From the NCBI GenBank assembly GCA_950097015.1, contig CATNEN010000039.1, forward strand, positions 19,096,001 to 19,160,000: 64,000 bases of DNA. The letters run 5' to 3'. A program made the position numbers and the translations under genes. Each line of letters opens with the position of its first letter. The first letter of the stretch is position 1. Positions 25,301 through 36,064 of this stretch are shown here, in pieces. Below the pieces are notes generated by a model. That model had not been told where the DNA came from. It saw only the letters and a list, made by a program, of their open reading frames with translations, and made no database searches. The stretch is from Macrostomum hystrix. Taxonomy: Eukaryota; Animalia; Platyhelminthes.

Positions 25301-27805
25301 ATATCCTCCAAGATCCTCAACTTGTACAGATATCCTCACAGATCATCAACTTGTACAGATATCTTCCCAGATCCTCCTCAACTTTTACTGTTATCTTCTT
25401 AGATCCTTATATTGTACAGTTATTCTTCAGAGGTCCTCAACTTGTAGAGTTATCTCCCTAGATTCTTATCTCGGTCAGTTATCCTACCAGATCCCTGACC
25501 TGATACAATTCACTCAGGCGGAAAAGGCGGCCGCCGACACTGCATCAAAGGAGCGGGCCGAGCGAGCCCGCAGTTTTGAAGCGGAAGCGCGCGCCGCCGC
25601 CGCCGAGGCGGCCGAAGCCCGCGCCGAAGCGGCCGAAGCGGCGCAGGCCCTCGACAGGGCCCGAGCTCAGGCGACGGCGCGCGAGGCTGAGCTTCGCCAA
25701 GCGGCTTCTGATGCCGCTTCTGCTGAGCGACGCCGCACGGAGGCGGCTGCGACAGACGCCGCGCGCGCCCGTGACGATTTGACCGCGGCGGCGCGCGAGA
25801 TTCGAGCACTTCGCGGCGAACTTCAAGCCGCCCGAGAGGAGCGCGAAGCTCTGCTTAATCGGCTGGCATCCGAGTCGAGACGGGCCGAGGAAGCAGCCGA
25901 GGCCAACGCCGAACTCCGTGATCGCTGCCGAGCCATCGCCGCCGATGCCGAGCGAATCCGGGCCGAGGCCAACGCCGAGACCGGCGCACTGCGCCAGCAT
26001 CTGGCTGCGCGCGAGGCGGATTGCGCGCGCGCCAGAGAGCGTGCCAACAATGGCGAAGCTGAGGCGCAGGAGGCGCGCCGATCAGCTGCGGCTTCCGCCT
26101 CCCAGGCGGCCGCGCTGGAGAGGTCGCTTAGAGAGGCTCAGGAGTCGGCTAGGCGGCAGCACACGGAGCTGCAGGTGAGCCGGGCGATTAAACCAGAGAT
26201 TTGAGCTGACCTGAAAGATTTTTGGTACTTTTGCTTACCATTTACAATTTAGTTCTTTTTACAATAGGAAGGCTCGATGTCCACATGTCCTCAGAAATAT
26301 TGATTTTATTTTATCTCGTATTTATTCAGTACCCAGATCCTCAAAACACAGCTACTAAGATTTCAGATCCTCAGATCTCAGATCCCAGATCCTCAGATCC
26401 CAGATCCTTAGATCCTCAGATCCCAGATCCTTAGATCCTCAGATCCCAGATCCTTAGATCCTCAGATCCCAGATCCTTAGATCCTCAGATCCCAGATCCT
26501 CAGATCCCAGATTCTCATCCCAGATTCCAAATCCCAGATCCTCAGATCCAAGATCCTCAGATCCTCAGATCCCACATCCTCAGATTCCAGGATCCTCAAA
26601 GTATTTAGGGATCCTCGAATCCTTGGCACTTATATGTTGTCAAACCGGCATCCTCCTTATATTCTAACAAATCTCCCTTCCCGTCTTCCTGAAGGCTGCG
26701 TTCGCTGATCTGGCCGCACTGCGCGATCTCTGCTCACAGCTTGAAGCAGACAAAGAGCAACTGGAAGCCGACAAGGATCAGTTAGACGCCGAGCGTCGCG
26801 AGCTCGAATCCGAGCGTGATCAACTATCCGCCCGGCTAGCAGAAGCAGATGACGTCAATGGCCGAAGTGAGGCGGCGCTCGCCGACGAGCGAGAGGCTCG
26901 CCTTGGCCTGGCCAGCGCCCTCGCCGAGTGCCGCGACGAAGCGGCTCGCCTTCGCGCCGGCGCCCAGGAGGCCGACTCGGACGCCGAGCGCGAGCGGGAG
27001 CGCGCCGACTCCGCCGAAGCTCGGGCCGACGCCGGCGCTCGCGAGACCGGCCGATTGAGGGCGCGCTGCGCCGAGCTGGAAGCCGAGAGCGAACGGCTGG
27101 CCCGACTGCTCTGCGCCGAACGGTTCGAGCGGGAGCGACTGGCGGCCAGGATTGGCGCCGCGGCCAGGTGAGCTATTAGAGAATTAGATTGGATTCCAGG
27201 TACGGTGAGATTGGATTCCAGGTAGGGTGAGATTGGATTCCAGGTACGGTGAGATTGGATTCCAGGTAGGGTGAGATTGGATTCCAGGTAGGGTGAGATT
27301 GGATTCCAGGTAGGGTGAGATTGGATTCCAGGTAGGGTGAGATTGGATTCCAGGTAGGGTGAGATGGGATTACAGGTAGGGTGAGATTGGATTCCAGGTA
27401 GGGTGAGATTGGATTCCAGGTAGGGTGAGATTGGATTCCAGGTAGGGTGAGATGGGATTCCAGGTAGGGTGAGATGGGATTACAGGTAGGGTGAGATTGG
27501 ATTCCAGGTAGGGTGAGATTGGATTCCAGGTAGGGTGAGATTGGATTACAGGTAGGGTGAGATTGGATTCCAGGTAGGGTGAGATTGGATTCCAGGTAGG
27601 GTGAGATAAAATAAGCTTGTCTTAGATCGAACCTCAACCAGTCGCCCGTTGTTTTTTCCCTTTTCTTAGGTCTGCCTCACCGACTCGCTATTCGTCGCCA
27701 AGCCACCTGCAGCAGCAGCAGCAGCAGCAGCATCAGTCCAGGTCAGGCACCAATTCGAGGGCCCACAGCCCGGCCAGTAGGCGCTACGAAGACGAAGATT
27801 TCTAA
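13490..27805 (+). CDS. CEP135: CEP135/TSGA10-family centriolar coiled-coil protein, ~908 aa; exons 13490-13531 (tentative first exon), 20021-20273, 22271-22854, 23415-23675, 24570-24890, 25518-26174, 26695-27167, 27670-27805
   Basis: All introns are GT-AG with compatible phases (0,1,0,0,0,0,2); total 2727 nt is one open frame ending TAA. Blocks recognisable as CEP135/TSGA10: RRERDDLRAVLDRFEQHMADIQANV, KRAETDRDDALAELQRTASERDSLRDRL, LEQRLEE, ADLAALRDLCSQLE, CAERFERER, RAHSP. The first exon (MPIAVRRTASARGT|gtaagt) is less certain. Confidence 0.85.
13640..19940. repeat. 22-bp minisatellite (TATAATCCTAGGATGTCCCTTC), ~5.8 kb plus a degenerate tail, filling predicted intron 1 of the CEP135-like gene
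   Basis: Tandem units contain the palindrome ATCCTAGGAT; after ~19430 they decay into GGATGGCCTCTTCAATGACCCTA-type units. Confidence 0.97.
20395..21425. repeat. 24-bp intronic minisatellite (GGAACTTGAGGTAGGGTTTTTAA[T/G])
   Basis: Tandem units; source of the spurious 300-aa ELEVGFL ORF. Confidence 0.95.
22930..23076 (-). mobile_element. tRNA-derived SINE copy (internally shortened)
   Basis: The minus strand shows A-box-like AGTGGCAGAGGGG and B-box-like GCTCGATTCC, then GCGGCTAGGCCACATT and CTGACGATGGAAAAAGTCAGGACAGATTTACACACC, both shared with the copies at 36936 and 37700. Confidence 0.6.
23140..23300 (+). mobile_element. Diverged SINE copy of the same family, opposite orientation
   Basis: GAGCTCTATTCCGCGGCGAGGC...GCTTGGGGGCTTGTCG...GCAGATGTACACTCCCTGTGTGAG aligns by eye to 37750-37920. 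Confidence 0.55.
23790..24235. repeat. 20-bp intronic minisatellite (CTAGATCCTCAAAATCCTAT)
   Basis: Tandem units are visible. Confidence 0.93.
24904..25460. repeat. 29-bp intronic minisatellite (CAGATCCTCATCTTGTACAGACATCTTCC)
   Basis: Tandem units; they give 29-aa-periodic spurious ORFs. Confidence 0.93.
26330..26600. repeat. Short-period CAGATCC(T) tandem repeat
   Basis: 7-9 bp units are visible in intron 6 of the CEP135-like gene. Confidence 0.85.
27185..27607. repeat. 22-bp intronic minisatellite (GAGATTGGATTCCAGGTAGGGT)
   Basis: Tandem units are visible. Confidence 0.95.
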
Positions 27806-28119
27806 ATTAGGAGTCTCTGACCAGACGGCGCTGTTTGAGCTGATGTACTTCTCCTACCTGTTTGTACTGCCTATAGTTCGTGCGCATTAGCCTTTTGACT
27901 AGTAACTAGGCGAATTCTAACCTACATTAGCTATAACATTATAATAACATTAGGCTACTGATGTATCTGTAGGTTTACCTGTGGTTTTCTTATGCTTGTT
28001 ATTAGCTATGTAAATTTTAGAAATTTAAGGGCCAGAAGAGTGACAGAAAACAGCTGGTGTAGTGACATCATTGATATTAAAAAGCTGGTAGAGGCTAAGA
28101 GTGACATTAGAAAGCTTAG

Positions 28120-28652
28120 AGAGAAATTAGACAGTTAAGAGTGACATTAGACTGTTTAGAGTGACATTAGACAGTTTAGAGTGACATTAGACAGTTTAGA
28201 GTGACATTAGACAGTTTAGAGTGACATTAGACAGTTAGGAGGGACATTAGACAGTTAGGAGTGACATTATACTGTATAGAGTGACATTAGACAGTTAGGA
28301 GTGACATTATACAGTATAGAGTGACATTAGACAGTATAGAGTGACATTAGACAGTTTAGAGTGACATTAGACAGTTTAGAGTGACATTAGACAGTTAGGA
28401 GGGACATTAGACAGTTAGGAGTGACATTATACTGTATAGAGTGACATTAGACAGTTAGGAGGGACATTATACTGTATAGAGTGACATTAGACAGTTAGGA
28501 GTGACATTATACAGTATAGAGTGACATTAGACAGTATAGAGTGACATTAGACAGTTAAGAGTGACATTAGACAGTTAAGAGTGACATTAGACAGTTCAGA
28601 GTGACATTAGACTGTTTAGAGTGACATTAGACTGTTTAGAGTGACATTAGAA
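28120..28652. repeat. 20-bp minisatellite (GTGACATTAGACAGTTTAGA)
   Basis: Tandem units are visible. Confidence 0.95.
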
Positions 28653-29444
28653 AGGTCGTGAGTGACTTTTCAAGGGACCTAGTCATGGGGGAAATAAACA
28701 GGATAGGGAATTAATTAAGTGGAATGGTCTAAGATGAAGTCCTATATTTGCTAAATTATATATTTTTGTTATCATTGCTCTTGATTATTTTCCTACTGTC
28801 GAAATTGGGTTGATCTCAAATTTTCTTATTTAATAAATGTTCTTCGCATGCTTAAAATTCTTCCTTATTTCTTAATGTGTCCTTCGGGCTCACATCCGCT
28901 ATCTTTGCAAACTATATTTGCTTCTTTATTTTCAATGTTTTTTATCGAATGGTATTTCGTCCCTCGTGTTGTTACTTGATCTACTGCTAGTAGTAAAGCT
29001 AGGAAATTGTACTTTAGAAGATTGCCTGTAGCTCTATAAATGGATTTTATAGTATATCGTTTCGCGCTACTTATAGTAGAATCACACGCTGTGCCCTAGA
29101 CTATTCCTGAAACCAAAGCTTTTTTTCTATTTTTCACTCCATAACTTGTTTTCTCCGTCCGTCTTAACGCAAGTTAAATGAATGAATTAAACATTTTTCC
29201 AATTTAAATCGGCATTGATCTGTCGATATTTTAATTTATTTTTTAGGAACTCATTCTTATCTAATTAGGTCTTTAATGGAATATACTTATTTGATGTTTG
29301 TTATAATTGGAAATATACTTTTATGCCTATTCATATCTACAATAATGTTCAACGGCTGTTTTCAATTAAGTAACTCTACGCTCTTTCACTTTTTTAGCCT
29401 TTTGCACTCCTTTACCTAAATCACATTTTCGTAACTCTTAAATT

Positions 29445-31300
29445 ACCCATTTCCCAAACTTCGAATTCCCCTTTCCCAACCCATCAAATTCCCTTTTTCC
29501 CCACTCGTCGAATTTCCCTTTTCCCACTCGTCGAATTTCCCCTTTCCCCACTCGTCGAATTTCCCTTTCCCCACTCGTCGAATTTCCCTTTCCCCACTCG
29601 TCGAATTTCCCCTTTCCCCACTTGTTGAATCCCCTTTTCCACACTCGTCGAATTTCCCTTTCCCCACTCGTCGAATTTCCCCTTTCCCCACTTGTTGAAT
29701 CCCCTTTTCCACACTCGTCGAATTTCCCTTTCCCCACTCGTCGAATTTCCCCTTTCCCCACTTGTTGAATCCCCTTTTCCACACTCGTCGAATTTCCCTT
29801 TCCCCACTCGTCGAATTTCCCTTTCCCCACTCGTCGAATTTCCCCTTTCCCCACTTGTTGAATCCCCTTTCCCCACTTGTTGAATCCCCTTTCCCCACTT
29901 GTTGAATCCCCTTTCCCCACTTGTTGAATCCCCTTTTCCACACTCGTCGAATTTCCCTTTCCCCACTCGTCGAATTTCCCTTTCCCCACTCGTCGAATTT
30001 CCCCTTTCCCCACTTGTTGAATCCCCTTTCCCCACTTGTTGAATCCACTTTTCCCCATTCGTCGAATTTCCCCTTTCCACACTCGTCGAATTTCCCTTAT
30101 CCCCATTCGTCGAATTTCCCTTTCCCCACTTGTTGAATCCCCTTTCCCCACTTGTTGAATCCCCTTTCCCCACTTGTTGAATCCACTTTTCCCCATTCGT
30201 CGAATTTCCCCTTTCCACACTCGTCGAATTTCCCTTATCCCCATTCGTCGAATTTCCCTTATCCCCATTCGTCGAATTTCCCTTTCCCCACTCGTCGAAT
30301 TTCCCCTTTCCCCACTTGTTGAATCCCCTTTCCCCACTTGTTGAATCCCCTTTTCCACACTCGTCGAATTTCCCCTTTCCCCACTTGTTGAATCCCGTTT
30401 TCCACACTCGTAGAATTTCCATTTCCCCACTCGTCGAATTTCCCGTTTCCCCACTTGTTGAATCCCCTTTCCCCACTCGTCGAATTTCCCGTTTCCCCAC
30501 TTGTTGAATCCCCTTTCCCACACTCGTCGAATTTCCCTTTTCCCCACTTGTTGAATCCCCCTTTCCACACTCGTCAAATTTCCCTTTTCCCCACTTGTTG
30601 AATCCCCTTTTCCCCATTCGTCGAATTTCCCTTTTCCCCACTTGTTGAATCCCCCTTTCCACACTCGTCAAATTTCCCTTTTCCCCACTTGTTGAATCCC
30701 CCTTTCCCCACTCGTCGAATTTCCCTTTTCCCCACTTGTTGAATCCCCCTTTCCACACTCGTCAAATTTCCCCTTTCCCAACCCATCAAATTCCCCTTTT
30801 CCACACTCGTCGAATTTCCCCTTTCCCAACCCATCAAATTCCCCTTTTCCACACTCGTCAAATTTCCCCTTTCCCAACCCATCAAATTCCCCTTTTCCAC
30901 ACTCGTCAAATTTCCCCTTTCCCAACCCATCAAATTCCCCTTTTCCACACTCGTCGAATTTCCCCTTTCCCAACCCATCAAATTCCCCTTTTCCACACTC
31001 GTCGAATTTCCCATTCCCACACTCGTCGAATTTCCCTTTTCCCCACTTGTTGAATCCCCCTTTCCACACTCGTCAAATTTCCCCTTTCCCAACCCATCAA
31101 ATTCCCCTTTTCCACACTCGTCGAATTTCCCTTTCCCCACTCGTCGAATTTCCCATTCCCCACTCGTCGAATTCCCCTTTCCCCACTTGTTAAATCCCCT
31201 TTCCCCTTTCGTCAAATTCCCTTTTCCCCATTCTTCTAGTTTTTTCTTTTCCCTAACCCGTCGAGTTCCCGTTTCCCAACTTCTCGAATTCTCCCCAACT
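29445..31300. repeat. 22-24-bp pyrimidine-rich composite minisatellite (TTTCCCCACTCGTCGAATTTCCC / TTTCCCCACTTGTTGAATCCCC)
   Basis: Tandem variants are visible; the minus strand lacks stops in several frames, which explains the 200-424 aa spurious ORFs. Confidence 0.95.
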
Positions 31301-31396
31301 CGTTAAACTGCCCTCTTTTTGCACCTTGTCGTGTTCCTATTCCCATGATAATGCCGCTGTGCATCTTACTTACTAATTGGCCAGTTGCAGGCACAA

Positions 31397-32302
31397 ATGA
31401 GCAGCGGCAACGGCAGCAGCAGCAGTGCGGTTGTGTCCGACATCTTCGCCTCTGCTGGACAAGCCTTCGGGCGCCTTGCGGAGCTAACCAGACAGCTTCA
31501 CGCTGACGAGCAGCAGGCTGCTTCTGGCGGCGGCGGCGGTGGCGGCAAGTGGTCCGCAGCCGAGCTGGACATGCTGCGCGATGCTGTGTCACGCTTTGGC
31601 GCCGATTTGAATCGAGTCACCGAACTAGTGAAGGCGCGCACACTGCGTCACATGCGGGGTCAGGTGCGTCAACCGTCGGTTGACGCTACGTCGGCTTCGG
31701 CGGCAGCTGCTGCAGCGGCCGCTGACGATACTCCACCCCCGGCCAAGATTGCCAGGAAGTCGCCGAAAGTGGCCCAGGCTGTCGCGCCGCCGACTTTGGC
31801 GACGCCCACAGCCGCGTCTGGAGTCGCCGGTCGCGGAGGTCGCGGCCGTGGTCGTGGCCGCGGCTCTGGTCGAGGAGGCCGCGGCGGCGGACGCGGTGTC
31901 GGTCGAGGTCGCGGAGGTCGCGGCAGAGGCCGAGGCCGCGGCGCCTCGTCAGCCTCATCGGCAGCCGTCGCCGCCGCTGCCGCTGCGGCCAACTGCGAAC
32001 GCGCCGGTGACCAACTGGACGACGACGACGATGACGAAGACGACGAGGAGCGGCAGCTGTACACCGGCGAGGACGACGATGACGATGGAGACGACCCGCT
32101 CGCTGGCGGTTTCTATGGCAACGGCTCGGATGATGATGACGAAGATGATGATGACGACGATGAAGAAGATGACGATGAAGATGACGTTGACGGTGCCGAC
32201 GGATTAGGCTTCGGCGGCGTCAGCAATCTCGGACGAGTCATCGGTAACGCGGCCAACCTCGTTGATGAAGATGACGAAGAAGAACTTGTGGGAGGCTACT
32301 AG
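31397..32302 (+). CDS. C17orf49: Chromatin complexes subunit BAP18 (C17orf49) homolog: SANT domain plus RG/RGG-rich and acidic C-terminal extension, 301 aa, single coding exon
   Basis: VSDIFASAGQAFGRLAELTRQLH...KWSAAELDMLRDAVSRFGADLNRVTELVKART matches the BAP18 N-terminal helix and SANT pattern. The ATG at 31397 lies 6 nt after a splice acceptor (ttgcag, 31390). Confidence 0.88.
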   Translation: MSSGNGSSSSAVVSDIFASAGQAFGRLAELTRQLHADEQQAASGGGGGGGKWSAAELDMLRDAVSRFGADLNRVTELVKARTLRHMRGQVRQPSVDATSASAAAAAAAADDTPPPAKIARKSPKVAQAVAPPTLATPTAASGVAGRGGRGRGRGRGSGRGGRGGGRGVGRGRGGRGRGRGRGASSASSAAVAAAAAAANCERAGDQLDDDDDDEDDEERQLYTGEDDDDDGDDPLAGGFYGNGSDDDDEDDDDDDEEDDDEDDVDGADGLGFGGVSNLGRVIGNAANLVDEDDEEELVGGY

Positions 32303-32394
32303 CTTTTACAAAAACTAGGTCCCACAAATATAGCATCGGCCAAAACTGTTCAGTCAGTCTAAAAATAATCAAATTCTAAAATTAGTCAGTTAAG

Positions 32395-32635
32395 ACTGAA
32401 ATCCCAAAATGAGTCAGTTGATACTCAAATCCCAAAATTCATCAGTTCAGACTCAAATCCCAAAATCCATCAGCTCAGACTCAAATCCCAAAATCCATCA
32501 GCTCAGACTCAAATCCCAAAATCCATCAGCTCAGACTCAAATCCCAAAATCCATCAGCTCAGACTCAAATCCCAAAATCCATCAGCTCAGACTCAAATCC
32601 CAAAATCCATCAGCTCAGACTGAATTCCCAAAATC
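32395..32635. repeat. 28-bp minisatellite (ATCAGCTCAGACTCAAATCCCAAAATCC)
   Basis: Tandem units just downstream of the BAP18 stop codon. Confidence 0.9.
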
Positions 32636-33124
32636 ATTCGCAATTGCTGGCAGCTGAGAAATTAATATTAAATTGAAACTGTCATTTCTGTAATTAGTTC
32701 TTATTGCTCTTTAATGTTCTAATTTTATCGCCCGACTGAGGAACTGTGGGCTGCATTAAATCGGTTTTTCATTGCTAAGTTGTTGGCATATAATTGTGTC
32801 GCTAGAAGTGTCTGCAGTCATTTTTTTTATCACAACGCGTTTCCTGTATATAGTATGTTAACTTTTTAAAGTGCGCTAAATAAAATCGTCTGTTACTCAA
32901 CCCGGTTAATATTTTCACATTAAATCATAATCTGCTCCTAAATTTGTTATCAGTTATCTGAACAGTCTACCAGTTTGTAGAAATTATAGGAATAAATAAT
33001 GACACCTAGCTAAGTTGGGCCTGATGTACAGTACAGCACACCCAGTCCATGGACTGTCCATTGTTCAGACTATGGACTGGGTTGTAGGGGCCGCCACACT
33101 GTTTAGTGTCTATGGAGATCTAAG

Positions 33125-33750
33125 GTCTGTGAGATCTGAGTAGTGTCGGTAAGATCTGAGTAGTGTCGGTGAGATCTGAGTAGTGTCGGTGAGATCTGAG
33201 TAGTGTCGGTGAGATCTGAGTAGTGTCGGTGAGATCTGAGTAGTGTCGGTGAGATCTGAGTAGTGTCGGTGAGATCTGTGTAGTGTCGGTGAGATCTGAG
33301 TAGTGTCGGTAAGATCTGAGTAGTGTCGGTGAGATCTGAGTAGTGTCGGTAAGATCTGAGTAGTGTCGGTGAGATCTGAGTAGTGTCGGTAAGATCTGAG
33401 TAGTGTCGGTGAGATCTGAGTAGTGTCGGTAAGATCTGAGTAGTGTCGGTGAGATCTGAGTAGTGTCGGTAAGATCTGAGTAGTGTCGGTAAGATCTGAG
33501 TAGTGTCGGTGAGATCTGAGTAGTGTCGGTAAGATCTGAGTAGTTTCGGTAAGATCTGAGTAGTGTCGGTAAGATCTGAGTAGTGTCGGTGAGATCTGAG
33601 TAGTGTCGGTGAGATCTGAGTAGTGTCTTTAAGATCTGAGTAGTGTCGGTGAGATCTGAGTAGTGTCTTTAAGATCTGAGTAGTGTCGGTGAGATCTGAG
33701 TAGTGTCGGTAAGATCTGAGTAGTGTCGGTGAGATCTAAGATCTGAGATC
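33125..33750. repeat. 20-bp minisatellite (GAGATCTGAGTAGTGTCGGT)
   Basis: Tandem units are visible. Confidence 0.95.
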
Positions 33751-33983
33751 TGTAAATTTTAGGGTTAAAGCAAGCAGAAAATTTATAGCTAATGCCTTTA
33801 GACACAACGAAGCTTAAACTTGCACTATCGCTAATGTTAAGCACCTTTGCTATCTCAAAGTAGGTATTCGATCAGATAAGAAACAAGAAAAAAACAAAAA
33901 ACGAATGCACTCAAAAATGCAGGACTACAAGCGTACTAGTATAATATATTTTTTTCAGAATAATTCAAACTACTTGCTTTTTA

Positions 33984-35550
33984 GTATTGGTTTTGTCAGC
34001 CTAACTGAGAATAAAGCCACCCAAAATGAGAATCCTGCCTACGCTGACTGTGAAGGGCCTGGCTGCGTGCAGCCTTAGTCTATGGGCCATAGACAATAAA
34101 AGACAAGCAGTGATAAAAAGCCATCCAAAATGAGAATCCTGCCTACGCTGACTGTGAAGGGCCTGGCTGCGTGCAGCCTTAGTCTATGGGCCATAGACAA
34201 TAAAGGACAAGCAAAGTGATAAAAAGCCATCCAATGTGAGAATCGATTGGTCTATGCGTTGTATTCTTTTATTTTTATACCTTCTGAGCCATATGACTAG
34301 CCAATAGCTTGAACGGAATAACGGAAACAGGAACACACTGAACACTACAGTACAGTAAAGTAAAGAGTTAAAATAGCCGTCCCTCAATACACTGCCCAAA
34401 GAGTCGTCTGCAATGCAGGTCCCACGCGGCAGCCTTCCCAGCAGTGACTGTGTCGTCAATCGCTTCGCGCGCCTCCCTCTCTAACAGCATGAATCGCCAC
34501 TCCTCTTTGTTGACGCCATCTGGAGCAACGGCCTTCTCGTTGACTAGTCCAGCGTCTGCCAGGCGGCTTTTGATCCGTGCCTTCAGCGCACTGTTGGCCA
34601 GTTCCGATGGGTTGAGGAAGTGTGAGTATGGCGGCAGGATGCGAATCGAGATCTTCTCTTGTAGTTGCTCCGGCACCCTGGCTCCCCTGTGGAAGTGCGG
34701 GCCGTCCATCACAACCAGCCAGCTTCCATCGGCATCGAGCTCATTGCATCGCTCTGCCAAGAAGTTGATGAACTCCTGGAAGCGAACCAGCGTCTGACCA
34801 CCCCGCTGCACGGTCGAGTGCACCAGGCCAAACTCTGCGCAGATAGCCATGCAGACGGTCACTTTTGGGCCTCTTTGTGTCGTCACAGTCCGCTTAACAG
34901 GGCGACCCCTGATAGCACGGCCTTGCGATCGCCGTAGCCACAAGTTGAATCCAGTTTCATCCAAATAGACGATGTGTACGGAGGCGTCAAGGTGCAGCAT
35001 GAAGTTGGCATATTCTCTCCGGGCCTCGATGTTTTCAGGCAGATTGCAGCTCGCTCTAGTGTCACTGCCCTTCGTTCCGAGCTTCAGGGTGCATAACATC
35101 CCTTGGAGCACCCACTTGAGGCTTCTCCGGAAACGGTCCACAGATGAGGCGGGCATTTTTATTCCAGTGGTGAAGACTGAACTCTGTTAATTCTAAGTGT
35201 TGGATAAATAGGCAAGAAAGCAGCGAGACTGAGGGTGATGGAGAAGCAGTGATGGAGGAGTTGCGCTTGGAGGAGTGGAGAGAGCTGGGGGAAAGAGAAA
35301 AAGCGATCGATTCTCACATTGGATGCCTTTTTATCACTTTGCTTGTCCTTTATAATCTATGGCCCATAGACTAAGGCTGGACGCAGCTAGGCCCTTCGTA
35401 TTCAGCGTAGGCAGGATTCTCACATTGGATGGCTTTTTATCACTTTGCTTGTCCTTTATTGTCTATGGCCCATAGACTAAGGCTGCACGCAGCCAGGCCC
35501 TTCGCAGTCAGCGTAGGCAGGATTCTCAGTTAGGCTGACAAAACCAATAC
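33984..35550 (-). mobile_element. IS630-Tc1-mariner DNA transposon with ~250-bp TIRs and TA target duplication
   Basis: Ends are TA|GTATTGGTTTTGTCAGCCTAACTGAGAAT and ATTCTCAGTTAGGCTGACAAAACCAATAC|TA. The TIRs (33984-~34248, ~35306-35550) each hold two ~100-bp internal direct repeats. The element encodes a DDE transposase. Confidence 0.92.
34368..35156 (-). CDS. IS630/Tc1-like DDE transposase (DD33E spacing), N-terminal DNA-binding region largely missing
   Basis: Motifs YLDETGFNLW, VVMDGPHFH and LPPYSHFLNPSE; only 262 aa. Confidence 0.85.
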   Translation of the reverse strand: MPASSVDRFRRSLKWVLQGMLCTLKLGTKGSDTRASCNLPENIEARREYANFMLHLDASVHIVYLDETGFNLWLRRSQGRAIRGRPVKRTVTTQRGPKVTVCMAICAEFGLVHSTVQRGGQTLVRFQEFINFLAERCNELDADGSWLVVMDGPHFHRGARVPEQLQEKISIRILPPYSHFLNPSELANSALKARIKSRLADAGLVNEKAVAPDGVNKEEWRFMLLEREAREAIDDTVTAGKAAAWDLHCRRLFGQCIEGRLF

Positions 35551-35843
35551 TATTGTTTATTGATTATTGAGACAGTTAAACAGAACTGTGACGAAACCAA
35601 GGACCTCATGTGAGTAGTAATTCGTTTTGAACTTTATTAATACGCAGTTATAATGGTCATAAACATTAATGCCCTAAAAAACCGTGCACTATTGGTATCA
35701 ATACACAGTTATAGCAGGAATCATTAGTGACGACTTACAAAGGTTGCTAGCTGGGATAGTGATCGTTTGGGCACTACTTTCTTCAACACCATCTAAATTT
35801 CCTAAAGCAGCAGTTAGCTTAAAGAAAACTATCAATGTACTCG

Positions 35844-36064
35844 TATATACCTGCTATATCGGTTATCAATGGCTGTGACCGAGGACGCGCAGCGCCCGAG
35901 GTCATAGACATTGATGCCCGAAATAGCTGGTATATATTTTCATTGAGCAACGCTGGGATTCCCAGCGGTTCTGTTTGCACCATAGACATTCCACCGGGGG
36001 TTTAATGTCGTCCATTAAAACCCCGCAGTGTTTAAGGCGGGAATCCCAGCGTTGCTCAATGAAA
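35844..36064. repeat. Double-hairpin palindromic element (probable non-autonomous DNA element)
   Basis: Hairpin 1: TATATACCTGCTAT...ATAGCTGGTATATA around CCGAGGACGCGCAGCGCCCGAGG. Hairpin 2: TTTCATTGAGCAACGCTGGGATTCCC...GGGAATCCCAGCGTTGCTCAATGAAA. Confidence 0.7.

Noticed and set aside
29438-31215. 200-424 aa GK-rich minus-strand ORFs
   Set aside because: Open in several frames at once because the satellite strand is stop-poor; no sign of coding constraint.
33984-35550. Fanzor/TnpB cargo in the IS630-like element
   Set aside because: There is no room for a second ORF, and no RuvC or zinc-finger motifs lie between the TIRs.
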